Assembly: GCA_951406725.2 (NCBI GenBank) | Contig: OX597819.1 | Coordinates: 60,512,001-60,576,000 of the forward strand | Direction of reading: 5' to 3' | From: Octopus vulgaris | Taxonomy: Eukaryota | Length of the DNA stretch: 64,000 nucleotides | In this document: positions 49,099-62,416 of the stretch, piece by piece | Position numbering within the stretch: position 1 is the first letter of the stretch | Layout of the letters: each line of letters starts with the position of its first letter | Notes under the pieces: generated by a model | What the model saw: only the letters and a program-made list of their open reading frames with translations | Told to the model about the DNA's origin: nothing | The model's database searches: none | Program-made: the position numbers and the translations under genes

Positions 49099-49975
49099 GG
49101 AAGGTGGTGAGCTGGCAGACTTGTTAGCGCCCCGGGCTAAATACTTAGCGGTATTTCACTCGTCCCTACATTCTGCGTTCAAAATCTGCCGAGGTCGACT
49201 TTGTCTATCATCCTTTTGGGGTCAATAAATTAAGTACCAGTATAACACTGGGGTCGATGTAATCAATTAGTCCCCTCCCCACAAATTTCTGGCCTTCTGC
49301 CTATAGTAGAAGGGATTATTATTATTATTATTATTATTATTAAGCAAGGCTGCGAGCTGGCAGACTTGTTAGCATGCTGGGCGAAATGCTTAGCGGTATT
49401 TTGTATGCCGCTATGTTCTGAGTTCAAATGCCGCTGAGGTCGACTTTGCCTTTCATCCTTTTGAGGTCGATTAAATAAGTACCAGTTATGCACTGGGGTT
49501 GATATAATCGACTTAATCCGTTTGTCTGTCCTTGTTTGTCCTCTCTGTGATTAACCCCTTGTGGGTAGTAAAGAAATAGGTATTTCGTCCGTCGCTACAT
49601 TCTGAGTTCAAAGGTTGACTTTGCCTTTCATCCTTTCAGGGTCGATAAAATAAGTACCAGTTGAATGCTGGGGTCGATGTAATTGACTATCCCCCTCCCC
49701 CAAATTGCTGCCTTTGTGGCAAAATTTGAAGCCGTTATTATTATTATTAAAGCAGGAAGCTGGCAGAATTGCTAGCATACCAGGTGAAATGCTTAGCAGT
49801 ATTTCATCCCTCTTTATGTTTTGAGTTCAAATTCTGCTGAGGTTGACTTTGCCTTTCATCCTTTCGGGGCTGATAAAGTGAGTACTAGTTGAGCACGGGG
49901 GGGTGGGTGGTCAGTGTAATCAACTAGTCCCCTTCCTACAAATTTCAGGCCTTGTGTCTATAGTAGAAAGGATTA
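49098..49975 (+). mobile_element. Tandem array of about 4 SINE family A units separated by (ATT)n
   Basis: Repeated GAGCTGGCAGA head and core; similar arrays at 53268-53697 and 54463-54938. Confidence 0.75.
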
Positions 49976-49984
49976 TTATTGTTA

Positions 49985-50335
49985 TCTCCGCCTTCGGAGG
50001 TATTGTTTTTAGTCGTGTTTGTTTGTCCATGGACAAGATATCTCAAAAACCACTGAATGGATTTGGATGAAATTTCCAGGGATGTTTGGCATCGTAACTG
50101 GCACAAACTCATTAGATTTTGGGGTTAATCTGGTACCAGACAAGGATTCTGGATAATTTTTCTGTTTTTTTAAATTTAATTTTTGAGAGCAGTCAGGTTC
50201 ATTTTTAGTATTCATGTTTGTGAGATCAGTCGAGTTTATTTCAGATGTTTTCATTTTAAAATTCATCTCTGGCTAATTGTTGAAAGGACATTGGTGTTGC
50301 CTTGGCAGAGATTCGCACTCTCTGAGTACTCTTGT
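49985..50335 (+). mobile_element. HINE/DINE-1-like (Helentron-derived) non-autonomous element
   Basis: 5' CTCCGCCTT subterminal repeat, GTTT/GTCC microsatellite, 3' CCTTGGCAGAG + GCACTCTCTGAGTAC hairpin; copy at 52857-53222, fragment at ~25690-25830. Confidence 0.6.
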
Positions 50336-50455
50336 TATTATTGTTTTGTGAAATTGTAATATATATTTTTCAAAACCAATGACTGAATTTTTTCATTGGG
50401 TTAACAAAATATTTCTAATTTTTATTTTTGTTATTTTTTAAAAACTATTTTTCAG

Positions 50456-50685
50456 GTGTGACATGATGCCTTGAACATTTGTGAAACTACTACTACAACT
50501 ACAAAATTCTTCCAGTGCATACCTGTGCATATTGCAATTTAACGTTCTTCATTCTGAAGAAACTTGTCTTAAAGTTCCTTATTGCAAGCACTTACCTCTC
50601 TCTCACTCTCTGTCTGTTTCCTTCTCTCCCTCTCTCATATATATATACATACATACAAACATACATACATACATACATACATACA

Positions 50686-50731
<46 letters not shown>

Positions 50732-51230
50732 GATAGGTAATAGATAATATATCCATTTCCTATCTCACACACACATTTACAATAAGTCTTATAATTTCCC
50801 TGGACATTTTTAATTTCCTTTCTTGGAATTTAATATTGGTTGTTATTTCTTCAAATCCTTCAGTTGAGTCAGTAATTGCCATGGTTATTACAAATAAGCT
50901 TTATTTTAAACATCTTCAGCAGAATTAAACGAAGGATTTGTTGAAATTTGTATCAATGTATTTTATCTTTTTACAAAAAAAACAAAACAATTGTCTTAAA
51001 ATTGTTCCCTAATAAGCAGTTCCACTGTTAATTCATTTTCTGTTGGATATATGTATATACGTATGCATGTGTGTGTGTGTGTGTGTATGCATACAAGTAT
51101 ATATGTATGTGTGTATGTATGTATGTGCGTATGATGTATTATTTTGTTTATTTTTATGATTTAAACTTAAATATATCTCATTTTGATATTTAAAAGAAAA
51201 ACAGTTAATAAAAAATATAAAATATTGTCA
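50456..51230 (+). other. ZC3H14: Probable terminal 3'UTR exon of ZC3H14
   Basis: Long T-rich tract + ttttcag|G at 50455, transposon-free AU-rich sequence with microsatellites, AATAAA at 51207-51212 and a GT-rich element at ~51241. Confidence 0.55.
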
Positions 51231-51290
51231 GTTATTTAGATGTTTTGTTGTTATATACTTAAATTCAGTATTTAAATTTTTTTCCTAAAT

Positions 51291-51453
51291 AGGCGCAGGA
51301 GTGGCTGTGTGGTAAGTAGCTTGCTTACCAACCACATGGTTCTGGGTTCAGTCCCACTGCGTGGCACCTTGGGCAAGTGTCTTCTACTATAGCTTCGGGC
51401 TGACCAAAGCCTTGTGAGTGGATTTGGTAGACGGAAACTGAAAGAAGCCCATC

Positions 51454-51508
<55 letters not shown>

Positions 51509-51715
51509 TGTGTGTATGTTTGTGTGTGTGTGTTCCCCCAACATCGCTTGACAACCGATGATGGTGTGTTTACGTCCCCGTCACTTAGCCGTTCAGCAAA
51601 AGAGACCGATAGAATAAGTACTAGGCTTACGAAGAATAAGTCGGGGTTGATTTGCTTGACTAAAGGCGGTGCTCCAGCATGGCCACAGTCAAAATGACTG
51701 AAACATGTAAAAGAG
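51291..51715 (+). mobile_element. SINE family B, full-length
   Basis: GGCGCAGGAGTGGCTGTGTGGTAAG head to ACATGTAAAAGAG tail. Confidence 0.8.
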
Positions 51716-52689
51716 TAAGTTACTGGAAAATTCCTTAAAGTTTAGATCATGTAAGCCATATATATAGTAATTTGGCAAGAATGGCCGTATGGTTAAGAAG
51801 TTTGCTTCCCAACCAGTTGGTTTGAGGTTCAGTCCCACTGTGTGGTTCTTTCACTATAGCCCTGGGCCAACCAAACCCTTGTGAATGAATTTGGTACACA
51901 GAAACTGTACATGTGCATGTATGTACCTGTGTGTTTGTGTCACCTTGTCTTAAGTTTTCAGGATATTTGTGAATGAATATCCCTGTCACAGGTAGAGTCT
52001 TTCATTTCTGGTCTTCTGTGGAAATGTCTGGTCATGAGGAAATGCTCCCTTGCTTGCCAACAGACGAAGGGTTGGTGATGAGGTTGGTGTGTGTCAGGCC
52101 AGACTTAATCTGCTTGACACAAATTTTGTTTGACCTATTCAAGCATGGAAAGCAGGCATTAAAATGATGATAAGGTACCAGTGAGGTACCAATTAGATTA
52201 ATATCATCAAAGTATTCAAAGGAAATATTTTCAGTGAATATTAGTATAAATATCTATATTTGCAAAAAATATATATAAAAGGATGCCCAATGTTGCTGTG
52301 TTTTTTTGTGACTGTATGGTAAGAAGCTTGCTTCCCAACCAGTCTCATTGTGTGGCACCGTGGGCAAGTGTCTTCTTCTATAGCCTTAGGCCAATTAGTC
52401 TTATGAATGGATTTGGTAAGTGGAAACTGAAGGAAGTCCATCATGTGTGTGTGTGTGTGTTTATGTCTTTATGTCTGTTTGTCCCCACCACTTGACAATC
52501 AGTGTTGGTATATATACCTCCCTGTAACTTGGCAGTTCAGCAAAAGAAACTGATAGAATAAGTACCAGGCTTAAAAAAATTGTGTTCAGTGGTCTGTGTG
52601 TTCAACTAAAATTTTTCAAGGCAGTGCCCTAGCATGGCCGCAATCCAATGACTGAAACAAGTAAAAGATAAAAGATATATTATATGTTA

Positions 52690-52723
<34 letters not shown>

Positions 52724-52856
52724 ATATAATGAAGATATTGACCAAACTGTCACAGCTGGAATACTATTCTGGGTTTTTTTAATTTTTGTGGATCATTGAA
52801 ATGTAAGTAAAATTTCAAGAAAGGAAAAAGAAACTTGTATTATTATTATTATTATT

Positions 52857-53222
52857 ACCTCCGCCTTAGTGAAGGCGGCAGTATTGTTTTCAGTTGTGTT
52901 TGTTTATTTGTTTGTCCATGGACAAGATATTTCAAGAACCACTTGATGGATTTGGACGAAACATTCAGGGATGTTTGGCCTTGTGATTAGCATAAGCTGA
53001 TTAGATTTTGGGAATCGATCCGGTACTAGACAAGGATTGTGGATTATTTTTCCTGTGTTTTTACTTAATTTTTAAAAGCAGTTGGGTTCATTTTTTAGTA
53101 TTCTCATTTGTGAGAGAAGTTGAGTTTATTTCAGATATTCTCATTTTAAAAATCATCTCTGACTAATCATTGAGAGGATGTTGGTGTTGCCTTGGTGGAG
53201 GTTTACGCTCTCTGAGTGCACT
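52857..53222 (+). mobile_element. HINE/DINE-1-like element, copy 2
   Basis: ACCTCCGCC.. / ..CCTTGGTGGAGGT subterminal inverted repeat and terminal hairpin, inserted in (ATT)n. Confidence 0.6.
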
Positions 53223-54213
53223 TATTATTATTATTATTGTTATTATTATTATCATTATCATTATTATTGAGGTGTTGAACTAGCAGAATCATTAGCACAC
53301 CAGGCGAAATGCTTAGCAGTATTTCGTCTGCTGCTACGTTCTGAGTTCAAATTCTGCCAAGATCGACTTTGCCTTTCATCCTTTTGGGGTCAATAAAATG
53401 AGTACCAGTTGAGCACTGGGGTCAATGTAATCGACTATCTCCCTCCCACCAAAAAGTTTCAGGCCTCATGCCTACAGTAGAAAGGATTATTATTGTTGTT
53501 GTTGTTAAGGTTGCGAGCTGGCAGAATTGTTAGCGTGCCAGTCAAAATGCTTTGTGGTATTTTGTCTGCTGCTATGTTTTGAGTTCAAATCCTGCTGAAG
53601 CTGACTTTGCCTTTCATCCTTCCAGAGTTGATAATTTAAGTACCAGTTGAGTACTGGGGTTGATGTAATCGACTGCCCCAACCTCCCCCAAATTTCAGTG
53701 AATTCCTGCCATATCATCTGGTGCACCTCCATGTTTCTGTGTGTGGCAGTTGTGTTATTTTTGTGGGGATTAAAGGATCATAGACCCCTCCACCCCACCC
53801 TGCTGTTGCTTTACTGCACCAGTTTGTTTTGTTACAGGTTTTATTTTATGCTTTTTTTATTATATTAATGTGTATTCTGTTGTGTGTAGTGCATGTAATG
53901 CGAATTGTGTTATTTGACTGGGCCTTAATTTTGTGTAGTATATGTTGCCTAAGTTATTTTGCACCAATCTGACCGTGGCCGATGCCAACCTCGCCTGGCA
54001 CCAGTGCAGGTGGTACGTAAAAAGCACCCACTACACTCACGGAGTGGTTGGCGTTAGGAAGGGCATCCAGATGTAGAAACATTGCCAGATAAGACCGGAG
54101 CCTGGTGCAGCCTTCTGGCTTCCCAGATCCCCGGTCGAACCGTCCAACCCATGCTAGCATGGAAAACGGACGTTAAACGATGATGATGATGATGATGTAT
54201 ATGAAGATTTTTC

Positions 54214-54352
54214 TACATTATTTACATTTGATGGATATTTGTCCTCATCTTGTTTGTTGTTAACACAACGTTTTGGCTGATATACCCTCAACACTTCATC
54301 CAGTGTCTTGGGGAAATTTCAAACCTGGGTTCTCATTCCTGAGGTATTTTCC
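54214..54352 (-). mobile_element. Hammerhead-bearing segment of the Penelope-like short element
   Basis: Homologous to 15775-15915; motif 54262-54307 retains ACGT helix III and GTGTT stem I but has a mutated core. Confidence 0.7.
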
Positions 54353-54674
54353 ATGTTGTTGTTGTTGCTGCTGCTGCTGCTGTTCTTCTCCTCCTCCTCC
54401 TCCTCCTCCTCCTTCTTCTTCTTCTTCTTCTTATTTTTTATTAATATTATTATTATTATTAAGACGGCAAGCTGGCAGAATTGTTAGGAAACCGACTAAA
54501 ATGTTTAGCGGCATTTCATCCATCTCAACGTTGCGAGTTCAATTTCTGCTGAGGTCGACTTTGCCTCTCATCCTTTCAGAGTCGATAAATTAAACACCAG
54601 TATAGTACTTGGGTTGATGTAATCAACTAGTCCCTTCTCCCCAAATTTCAGACCTTGTGCCTTTAGCAGAAAGG

Positions 54675-54718
<44 letters not shown>

Positions 54719-55339
54719 GATGACAGTGAATTAACAGAACCATTTGGATGCTGGACAAAATGCTTAGCGGCATTTCATCTCTCTTTCTGTTCTTACTTCA
54801 AATTCTGCCAAGATCAACTTTGCTTTTCATCCTTCCGGGGTCAATAAAATTATATGCCAGTCAAGCACCAGAGCCGATGTAATTAGCTAGCACCCTCTTC
54901 CCTAACATTTTAGGCCTTGTGCCTATAGTAGAAAGGATTATTATTATTGTTGCTTGGGAGATAAAGCACAAAGTTGTAGATTAATTAACTGAATGAGAAT
55001 CACGATAATTTTCCATTAATTTTATAATTTTTAAATAGACACAGTTATTTCTTACCTCTTAAAATTTTTCATATATTTCAATAACTGCCTTCAAAAGGAG
55101 ATATAAGAAATGACATTTCAGCTGTGACAATACAGTCAATAATAGATTTTATTTATGTACATAATATATGTAATAATATGTAATGATTTTTAATATATGT
55201 AAAATATATGCCATATGCTGGATTTAAACGAAATCTTTCCTTCTACTTAGCTTATTTATGCTTTAATTTTTTTGAAAAATTTGTTCAGATTTTTGTTTTA
55301 AGCTTTATAGATTGATTCTATAAAATAATGATGATGATG

Positions 55340-55390
<51 letters not shown>

Positions 55391-56048
55391 TGATGGGCTA
55401 CAGCAAATATTCTGCTCAATACCACAGATTTGCTTGTCAGTTGTTTGACCATAACCAGTTGACCATGCCCCTTAGTGGCTGATGATATGTGCATCTTTGA
55501 TCCCAAGCAGAAGTAGTGGGGAAGCATCATAGCCATGTGTTAAAGGAATTCTTACAAAGTTTGGATAATTCACCTTTGGAAACATGGGTGGTTCGTTCAA
55601 CATCCTTAAACAATCCTTCCTTATTCAGGGACCTTTTGAGCAGGATGGGCTACTTGACGAGAAGAAAATTCTAACTGGGCCCCCACCTGCAAGGTCATGC
55701 GCTGTTTATCTTGGTATGAAATCACCATGTCGCGCACATATGGTTGTGATGCATGTGCCTGGTGTACCCTTATCAGATGGGTAGTCATGATGGGTATACT
55801 GGGTTTCGTATATTTTACCCCAGTGTCACTTTGATGGCATGCACTGCTCTCTTAATAATAATAATAATAATAACAACAACAACAACAACAATTCTTTCTC
55901 CTATTGGCACAAAGACTGAAATTTTGTTGGGTGGAAGCTAGTCAATTACATCACAACAATCCAATGCTCTACTGGTATTTATTTCACTGACCTTGGAAGA
56001 ATGAAAGGCAAATTTGACCATAGTGGAATTTGAACTCAGAACATAAAC

Positions 56049-56597
56049 ATCATCATCATTTAGCGTCCGTTTTCCATGCTAGCATGGGTTGGACGGTTTA
56101 ACTGGGGTCTGTGAAGCCGGAAGGCTTCATCAGGCCCAGTCAGATTTGGCAGTGTTTCTACGGCTGGATGCCCTTCCTAACGCCAACCACTCCGCGAGTG
56201 TAGTGGGTGCTTTTTACGTGCCACCTGCACAGGTGCCAGACAGAGCTGGCACAACGGCCACGAACGGATGGTGCTTTTACGTGTCACCGGCACGGGGCCA
56301 GCCGAGGCTGGCAACAAACACGAGCGGATGGTACTTTTACGTGCCACCGACACGGGGCCAGACAGAGCTGGCAAACGGCCACGAACGGACGGTGCTTTTA
56401 CGTGTCACCGGCACGGGGCCAGCCGAGGCTGGCAACGAACACGAACGGATGGTGCTTTTACGTGCCACCGACACAGGGCCAGACAGAGCTGGCAAACGGC
56501 CACGAACGGACGGTGCTTTTACGTGTCACCAGCACGGGGGCCAGCCGAGGCTGGCAACGAACACGAGCGGATGGTGCTTTTACGTGTCACCGGCACG
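56049..56597 (-). mobile_element. RTE 3' end with expanded A/B alternating ~60-bp subrepeat array
   Basis: Units ..GCCAGACAGAGCTGGCAAACGGCCACG.. and ..GCCAGCCGAGGCTGGCAACGAACACG.. alternate three times (~121-bp period). Confidence 0.8.
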
Positions 56598-57003
56598 TAC
56601 ATAAAAAAATGAAAGAGCTGTAGTTCTTTTCAAAACATTAACTGCATGCTGATTGTAAGAAGTTAATATGACATTAGTTAAAAAAAAAACAAGACCAATG
56701 AAGAAAAGGAAAGCTTTACAAATTTGTGGTTGTTTGATAGGATCTGCTGAGAATGAAAGGAATTTAGAGATAAACTTGAAAGGAATTCAGAGATTAAGCA
56801 AAGTAAAGGGACGACCAAATTTCAAGGCAGAGAACATGAATGAAAACTCATAAGCAATACAGGCACATCGTTTAGAAGAAGAAGTATAATGGTAACTGCA
56901 TGTAGATATAGTGTAAAAATAAACAACAAAAACTGTATATAGTCCAAAGTGATTACAGACTGAAATCAGACAATTAGTTGTCATTAATGGTAGAATCTTA
57001 TTG

Positions 57004-57036
<33 letters not shown>

Positions 57037-57431
57037 CCACCATCATTATTTAGTGTTATTGACTGATGGCTCTGCAGTAAGAAGTTTGTTTTCCAAACAG
57101 GGTTCCTGGTTCAGTCCCACTGCATGACACCTTTGGCAAGTATTTTCCACTGTACCCCCAGGCCAACCAAATCTTTTGAGTGAACCTGGTTCAAAGAAAG
57201 TGTGTGTGTGTGTAACTGTCTCCTTACTTTTAAATTGCATGATAGCAAAAAAAATATCACCAACATACTAGTAGTGTTCTTCATTACCAAACCTCCATGA
57301 AGACATGTCTGGGCATCAGGAAAATATTACCTTAAGTGGAAACAGCTGAGGAGGGCATCCAGCTGCTAAAAACATGTCTCAACAAATTCTATCTGACCCA
57401 TATGGGCATGGAAAAGTGGAAGTTAAAAAAT

Positions 57432-57471
57432 GGTGATGATGATAATAATAATAATTATTATTATTATTATT

Positions 57472-57530
<59 letters not shown>

Positions 57531-57668
57531 GGTGGTGGTGGTGGTGATGATGGTGATGGTAATGATGATGGTGATGATGATGGTAATGATGATGACGATG
57601 GTGATGGTGATGATGATGATGATGGGGGTGGTGATGATGATGATGGTGATGATGATGATGGTGATGAT
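57432..57668. repeat. Compound (GAT/AAT/ATT/GGT)n trinucleotide microsatellite
   Basis: Direct reading; source of spurious poly-D/M/I/S ORFs. Confidence 0.95.
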
Positions 57669-60470
57669 AAGAGAAGTGCCATCACCTGGACATGGTGATT
57701 TTGGGATAAGCAACCACAAATGTCAGTAAATATGCAGACACTCACACATTCACACTTGATGGGCTTCTTTTCAGTTTCTTGTTCACCAAATCCACTCACA
57801 TGGCCTTGGTTTACCAAAGATGACATGCAGCGAGACTGAACGTGAAGCTACATGGTCAGGAGTGTTTTATATTATTTTTAATCAAAGGAAATTTGTTTTG
57901 TTAGTCATAGAAATGCTATTAAGATAATTATAACTTGATCTAATGAACGATTACTCAAATGTTTGTTGCTCTGAATAGTTAGTTAATTGCCATTGTTCTG
58001 ATGATAAGCTATAAACTCATGTTGTACAGTTAATTTGATATTGAGGAATTTGACAATCCTTTAATTTTGCCTTCATCATGATCTGCATGATTATTTTACA
58101 TTTAGAGTCAATGTTCTTGATACCAGGTCACGACCAGTTTCCTTAGACTTCAAGGACCTTCTTATAAAGATGATGATGATGATGTTTTCTTTATTAACCA
58201 CTAAGTGCTCTCAAACACATTAGGAGCTGTACAGGGCAATACAATGTGGGGTTGCATAAAAGGCATATAAAAAAACTAACAATACAAAGTTATAGCAATG
58301 GCTTACCACACAGGCGTGGCTGTGGGGTAAGAAGCTTGCTTCCCAGCCACATGGTTCTGGGTTCAGCCCCACCGTATGGTAACTTGGGCAAGTGACTTCT
58401 ATTATAGCCTCAGGCTGACCAAAGCCTTGTGAGTCGATTTGGTAGACAGAAACTGAAAAAAGCCCATCATATATATATATATATTTGTGTGTCCGTGTTT
58501 GTCCCCTCACTATCGCTTGACAACCAATGTTGGTGTGTTTATGTCCCCGTAACTTAGCAGTTTGTCAAAAGACCCCGATAGAATAAGTACTACGCTTACA
58601 AAGAACAAGTCCTGGGCTTGATTTGTTCGACTAAAGGCGGTTCTCCAACATGGCTGCCGTCAAATGACTGAAACAAGTAAAACAATAAAAGAAAAACTAA
58701 TTCCCCAAAAGAGGGAGACTTCCTAGGACTGCTCATGGAGACCCCACAAAAACCACAGCCGCTCTGACCACTAAGGGCAAGTGCCCTCTTCACATTGTCC
58801 TTCAATTTATAGGTGCATGCTAAGAGTAGGCTCATTTACTTGGACCATTCTTGCAGCATTCACCTACCTTTTAACAAAGTTGCTGGGAAGAAGCAATTCC
58901 CTCTCCACCCTCACTTTACCTTTTCAAGTGAAGCTCAAAAAAGTTGATTAGGGCTTGGCCAAAGAAAAGTATCTGTCTTCAGCCCTATAAATAGTCTCAC
59001 CTTTGTTTTGTCAAAACTATTAAGGTAGTTTTTATTGTGTCTGGGGAAGAGTCATTCTCTTTTAGTGCCTTATTAAACACACTCACTTGTGAGTGTGTTA
59101 AATAATAAGGCAGTAAATGACAATGACTCTCCCTAGAGACAGTAAAATATGTTTCAACACACAAATTCACACAAAGAACCTTGCAAACCAAATACATAAA
59201 TGAAATATTACGGTGTACTTATGTGCATTGTACACCAACCAGAAAACATTCTTGTACGTTTACTTAGTTTTATTCCCATCACTACTTCAGCCAGTACAGT
59301 TACATGTTTTGCTAATGAGATCATAATGTAACTGAAAGCCTAACCCTAACCCTAACCTGTGCTGGTGGCACATAACATGCACCATTCAAGCGTGGTTGAT
59401 GCCAGTACCGCCTGACTGGCCCTTGTGCCAATGGCACGTAAAAAGCACTCACTACACTCTCAGAGTGGTTGGTGTTAGGAAGGGCATCCAGCTGTAGAAA
59501 CTTTGCCAGATAAGATTGGAGCCTGGTGCAGCCTTCTGTCTTCCCAGGCCCCAGTCGAGCTGTCCAATCCATGCCAGCATGGAGAGCGGATGTTAAACGA
59601 TGATGATGATGATGATGAATCATTTCAGTCTTTGCATTATATGATTGATGCCACTTACTTTTCTTCATATTTCAGCCAAAAAAAAAAAAATGTTTTGCTC
59701 TTTGTTCAATTGACTCATAACACGAGAGTGGCATCAACTATTCTCACAAAATACTTTAAATTTATTCTTTTATTTTATTTTTATTCCTCTACTTGTTTCA
59801 GTCATTTGACTGCAGACATGCTGGAGCACAGCTTTTTAGTCAAACAAACTGATGCCAGGACATATTATTTGTAAGCCTAGTACTTATACTATTGGTCTCT
59901 TTTTGCTAGACCACTTAGTTACAGGGATGTAAACAAACCAGCATCGGTTGTCAAGTGATGTGAGGGGACAAACACAGACACAGAAATACACACACACACA
60001 CATATATATGATGGGCTTCTTTCAGTTTCTGTCTACGCAATCCACTCACAAGGCTTTGGTCAGCCCAAGACTATAGTAGAAGACACTTGCCCAAGGTACC
60101 ATGCAGTGGGACTGAACCCAGAACCATGTGGCTGGTAAGCAAGCTACTTACCACACAGCCACTCCTGTGCCTGTTTTATTTTATTTTAAATATAAAATAC
60201 AAAAAAAAAAAAATTTTAAATATGGACAGCTAAGACAGTCATAAGATTGATAAGTATAACTGAAAGTTGTTTCAATTTAGTTTTTCTTTTGACACAAGGT
60301 TAACAATTCTAGGAGAAGAGAGTTAGTTGATTATATCAACCGCAGTACTCAACTGATACTTTATTTTTGTCAGTCCCCAAAAGAATGAAAGGTGAACTTA
60401 ACCTCAACAAGATTTGAACTCAGAAGCTGAAGAGCTGGAAGACATGTCACTAAACATTTTCGTCTGATGT

Positions 60471-60622
60471 ACATTATTTACATCATTTACATTTGGCAGA
60501 TATTTGTCCTCATCTTGTTTGTTGTCAACATAATGTTTCGGCTGATATATCCCCCCAGCCTTCATCAGGTGTCTTAGGGAAATTTCAAACTTGGGTTCTC
60601 ATTCCTGAGATATTTTTTAATA

Positions 60623-60673
<51 letters not shown>

Positions 60674-60901
60674 TTTATCTTTTGTATCTCTTCACAAAGG
60701 TAAACAGTCAAGACGAAGAGCATGATTCAATCGAAACCATACAATTGCACTCTTCGTCTTGACTATTATTATTATTATTATTATCATTCAGGTCACTGCC
60801 TGGAATCGAACTCGGAATCTTGTGGTTAGTAGCCCGTGCTCTTAATCACTACACCATATGCCTGTGGGCATAATTCCTCATCTCTCAAATATAGAACTGT
60901 A
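60471..60901 (-). mobile_element. tRNA-headed hammerhead element, inverted full copy + direct ~32-nt tail, inserted in a family A SINE
   Basis: TSD TTC(G/A)TCTGATGT at 60459-60470 and 60902-60913; tRNA-like head 60786-60869; hammerhead 60527-60573. Confidence 0.75.
60527..60573 (-). ncRNA. Minimal hammerhead ribozyme motif with intact catalytic boxes
   Basis: GACAC-CTGATGA-A-GGCTG-GGGGGATATAT-CAGCC-GAAA-CA-TT-ATGTT. Confidence 0.68.
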
Positions 60902-61926
60902 TTCATCTGATGTGCCAATGATTCTGCTAGCTCACTACCTTAGTATGACTAAGAATGCCAAATTAAATGCTTTATAGTATTTAGCTTTGTCCTTCTTAGC
61001 ACTGCAACCAAGTCTTGTTATTGTTATGTCTTCTGTGCAACCCTTCTCAAGCAGATCTGAAACATAGAATTAGCTGGTGGTGAACTGTTTAGCTACCACA
61101 CTCAGATCTATACTGCTTCACTGCATCATTCAGTGGCTCATCGTGTCTGATGCAGCTTTGCATGTTATTATATATCTGTAGGCCCTGTTGCTTGTAACAG
61201 CTGGAGCAGGAAAGATGGACTTATTTGGAATGTTGCAGGTGTTTCTATTCTTTGCTTCTTTCAGTGTGTATTACAGTTTAGGTGGCGGCTTTTTCCACAT
61301 TGCTTATTTTATACACATTAATCTTATTGACTTAAATAATGATCAACATTGACTCTCACCAAATGACATGGCACAGTTCCTTCCTCCAAAGGAAATCATC
61401 ATACCCCCATTTCCTGAAAAACTAATCCTATATCTTATCAAAATATAACATTTCGTCACCATCTCTCTCTTGTTCTGTCTTCCTCTCTTTCATTCTCTCC
61501 TCCTCTCTCTTTTGCTCTCTCTCCCTCTGACTAGGTAGCTATGATGTATCTCCTATACAGCAACACACCACACCTGTTTCTCTCTCTCTCTCTCTGACTG
61601 AGTAACCATGTGTCTCTTCTACAGCAAGACACCTGGTCTGTCTCTCTGTCACACACTAACCTTTCGTCATCTGGCACAAGACCACCTCCTCCAATTCCCC
61701 CTCCCCTCTCAAAGGATTTTTGTCTTGCAAGTTACCTGGCGACCCTGCCATTGCTGGTGCCATGTAAAAAGCATCCAATGCACACTGTAAAGTGGATGGT
61801 GTTAGGAAGGGCATCTAGCCATGAAAAGCATGCCAAAACAGACAATTGGAGCCTGGTGCAGCCCTTTGGCTTGCCAACTCCTGTCGAACCGTCCAACCCA
61901 TGCCTGCATGGAAAGCAGACATTAAT

Positions 61927-61962
<36 letters not shown>

Positions 61963-61982
61963 CGATGATGAATCCTTTATCT

Positions 61983-62218
61983 CTTTTACTCTTTTACTTG
62001 TTTCAGTCATTTGACAGTGGCCATGCTGGAGCACGGCCTTTAGTCGAGCAAATCGACCCCAAGACTTATTCTTTGTAAGCCTAGTACTTATTCTATCAGA
62101 CTCTTTTGCTGAACCGCTAAGTTACGGGGACGTAAACACGCCAGCATCAGTTGTCAAGTGATGTGGGGGGGGGGGGGGGGCGACAAACACAGACACACAA
62201 ACATATACACACACGTAC

Positions 62219-62249
<31 letters not shown>

Positions 62250-62416
62250 TACGACGGGCTTCTTTCAGTTTCCGTCTACCAAATCCACTCACAAGGCTTT
62301 GGTTGGCCCGAGGCTTTTGTAGAAGACACTTGCCCAAGGTGCCACACAGTGGGACTGAACCCGGAACCATGTGGTTGGTAAGCAAGCTACTTACCACACA
62401 GCCACTCCTATGCCTA
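61983..62416 (-). mobile_element. SINE family B
   Basis: Full-length reverse copy. Confidence 0.78.

Noticed and set aside
56089-56623. Long overlapping ORFs with repeated peptide units; possible CRISPR-like array
   Set aside because: Tandem subrepeats of an RTE 3'UTR with no unique spacers and no cas genes; eukaryotic context.
57336-57826. Poly-D/G, poly-I, poly-M ORFs
   Set aside because: Trinucleotide microsatellite artefacts.
59339-59357. (CCCTAA)3 telomere-like repeat (also TTAGGG-like at ~7852-7873)
   Set aside because: Too short to distinguish from chance or TE-internal repeats.
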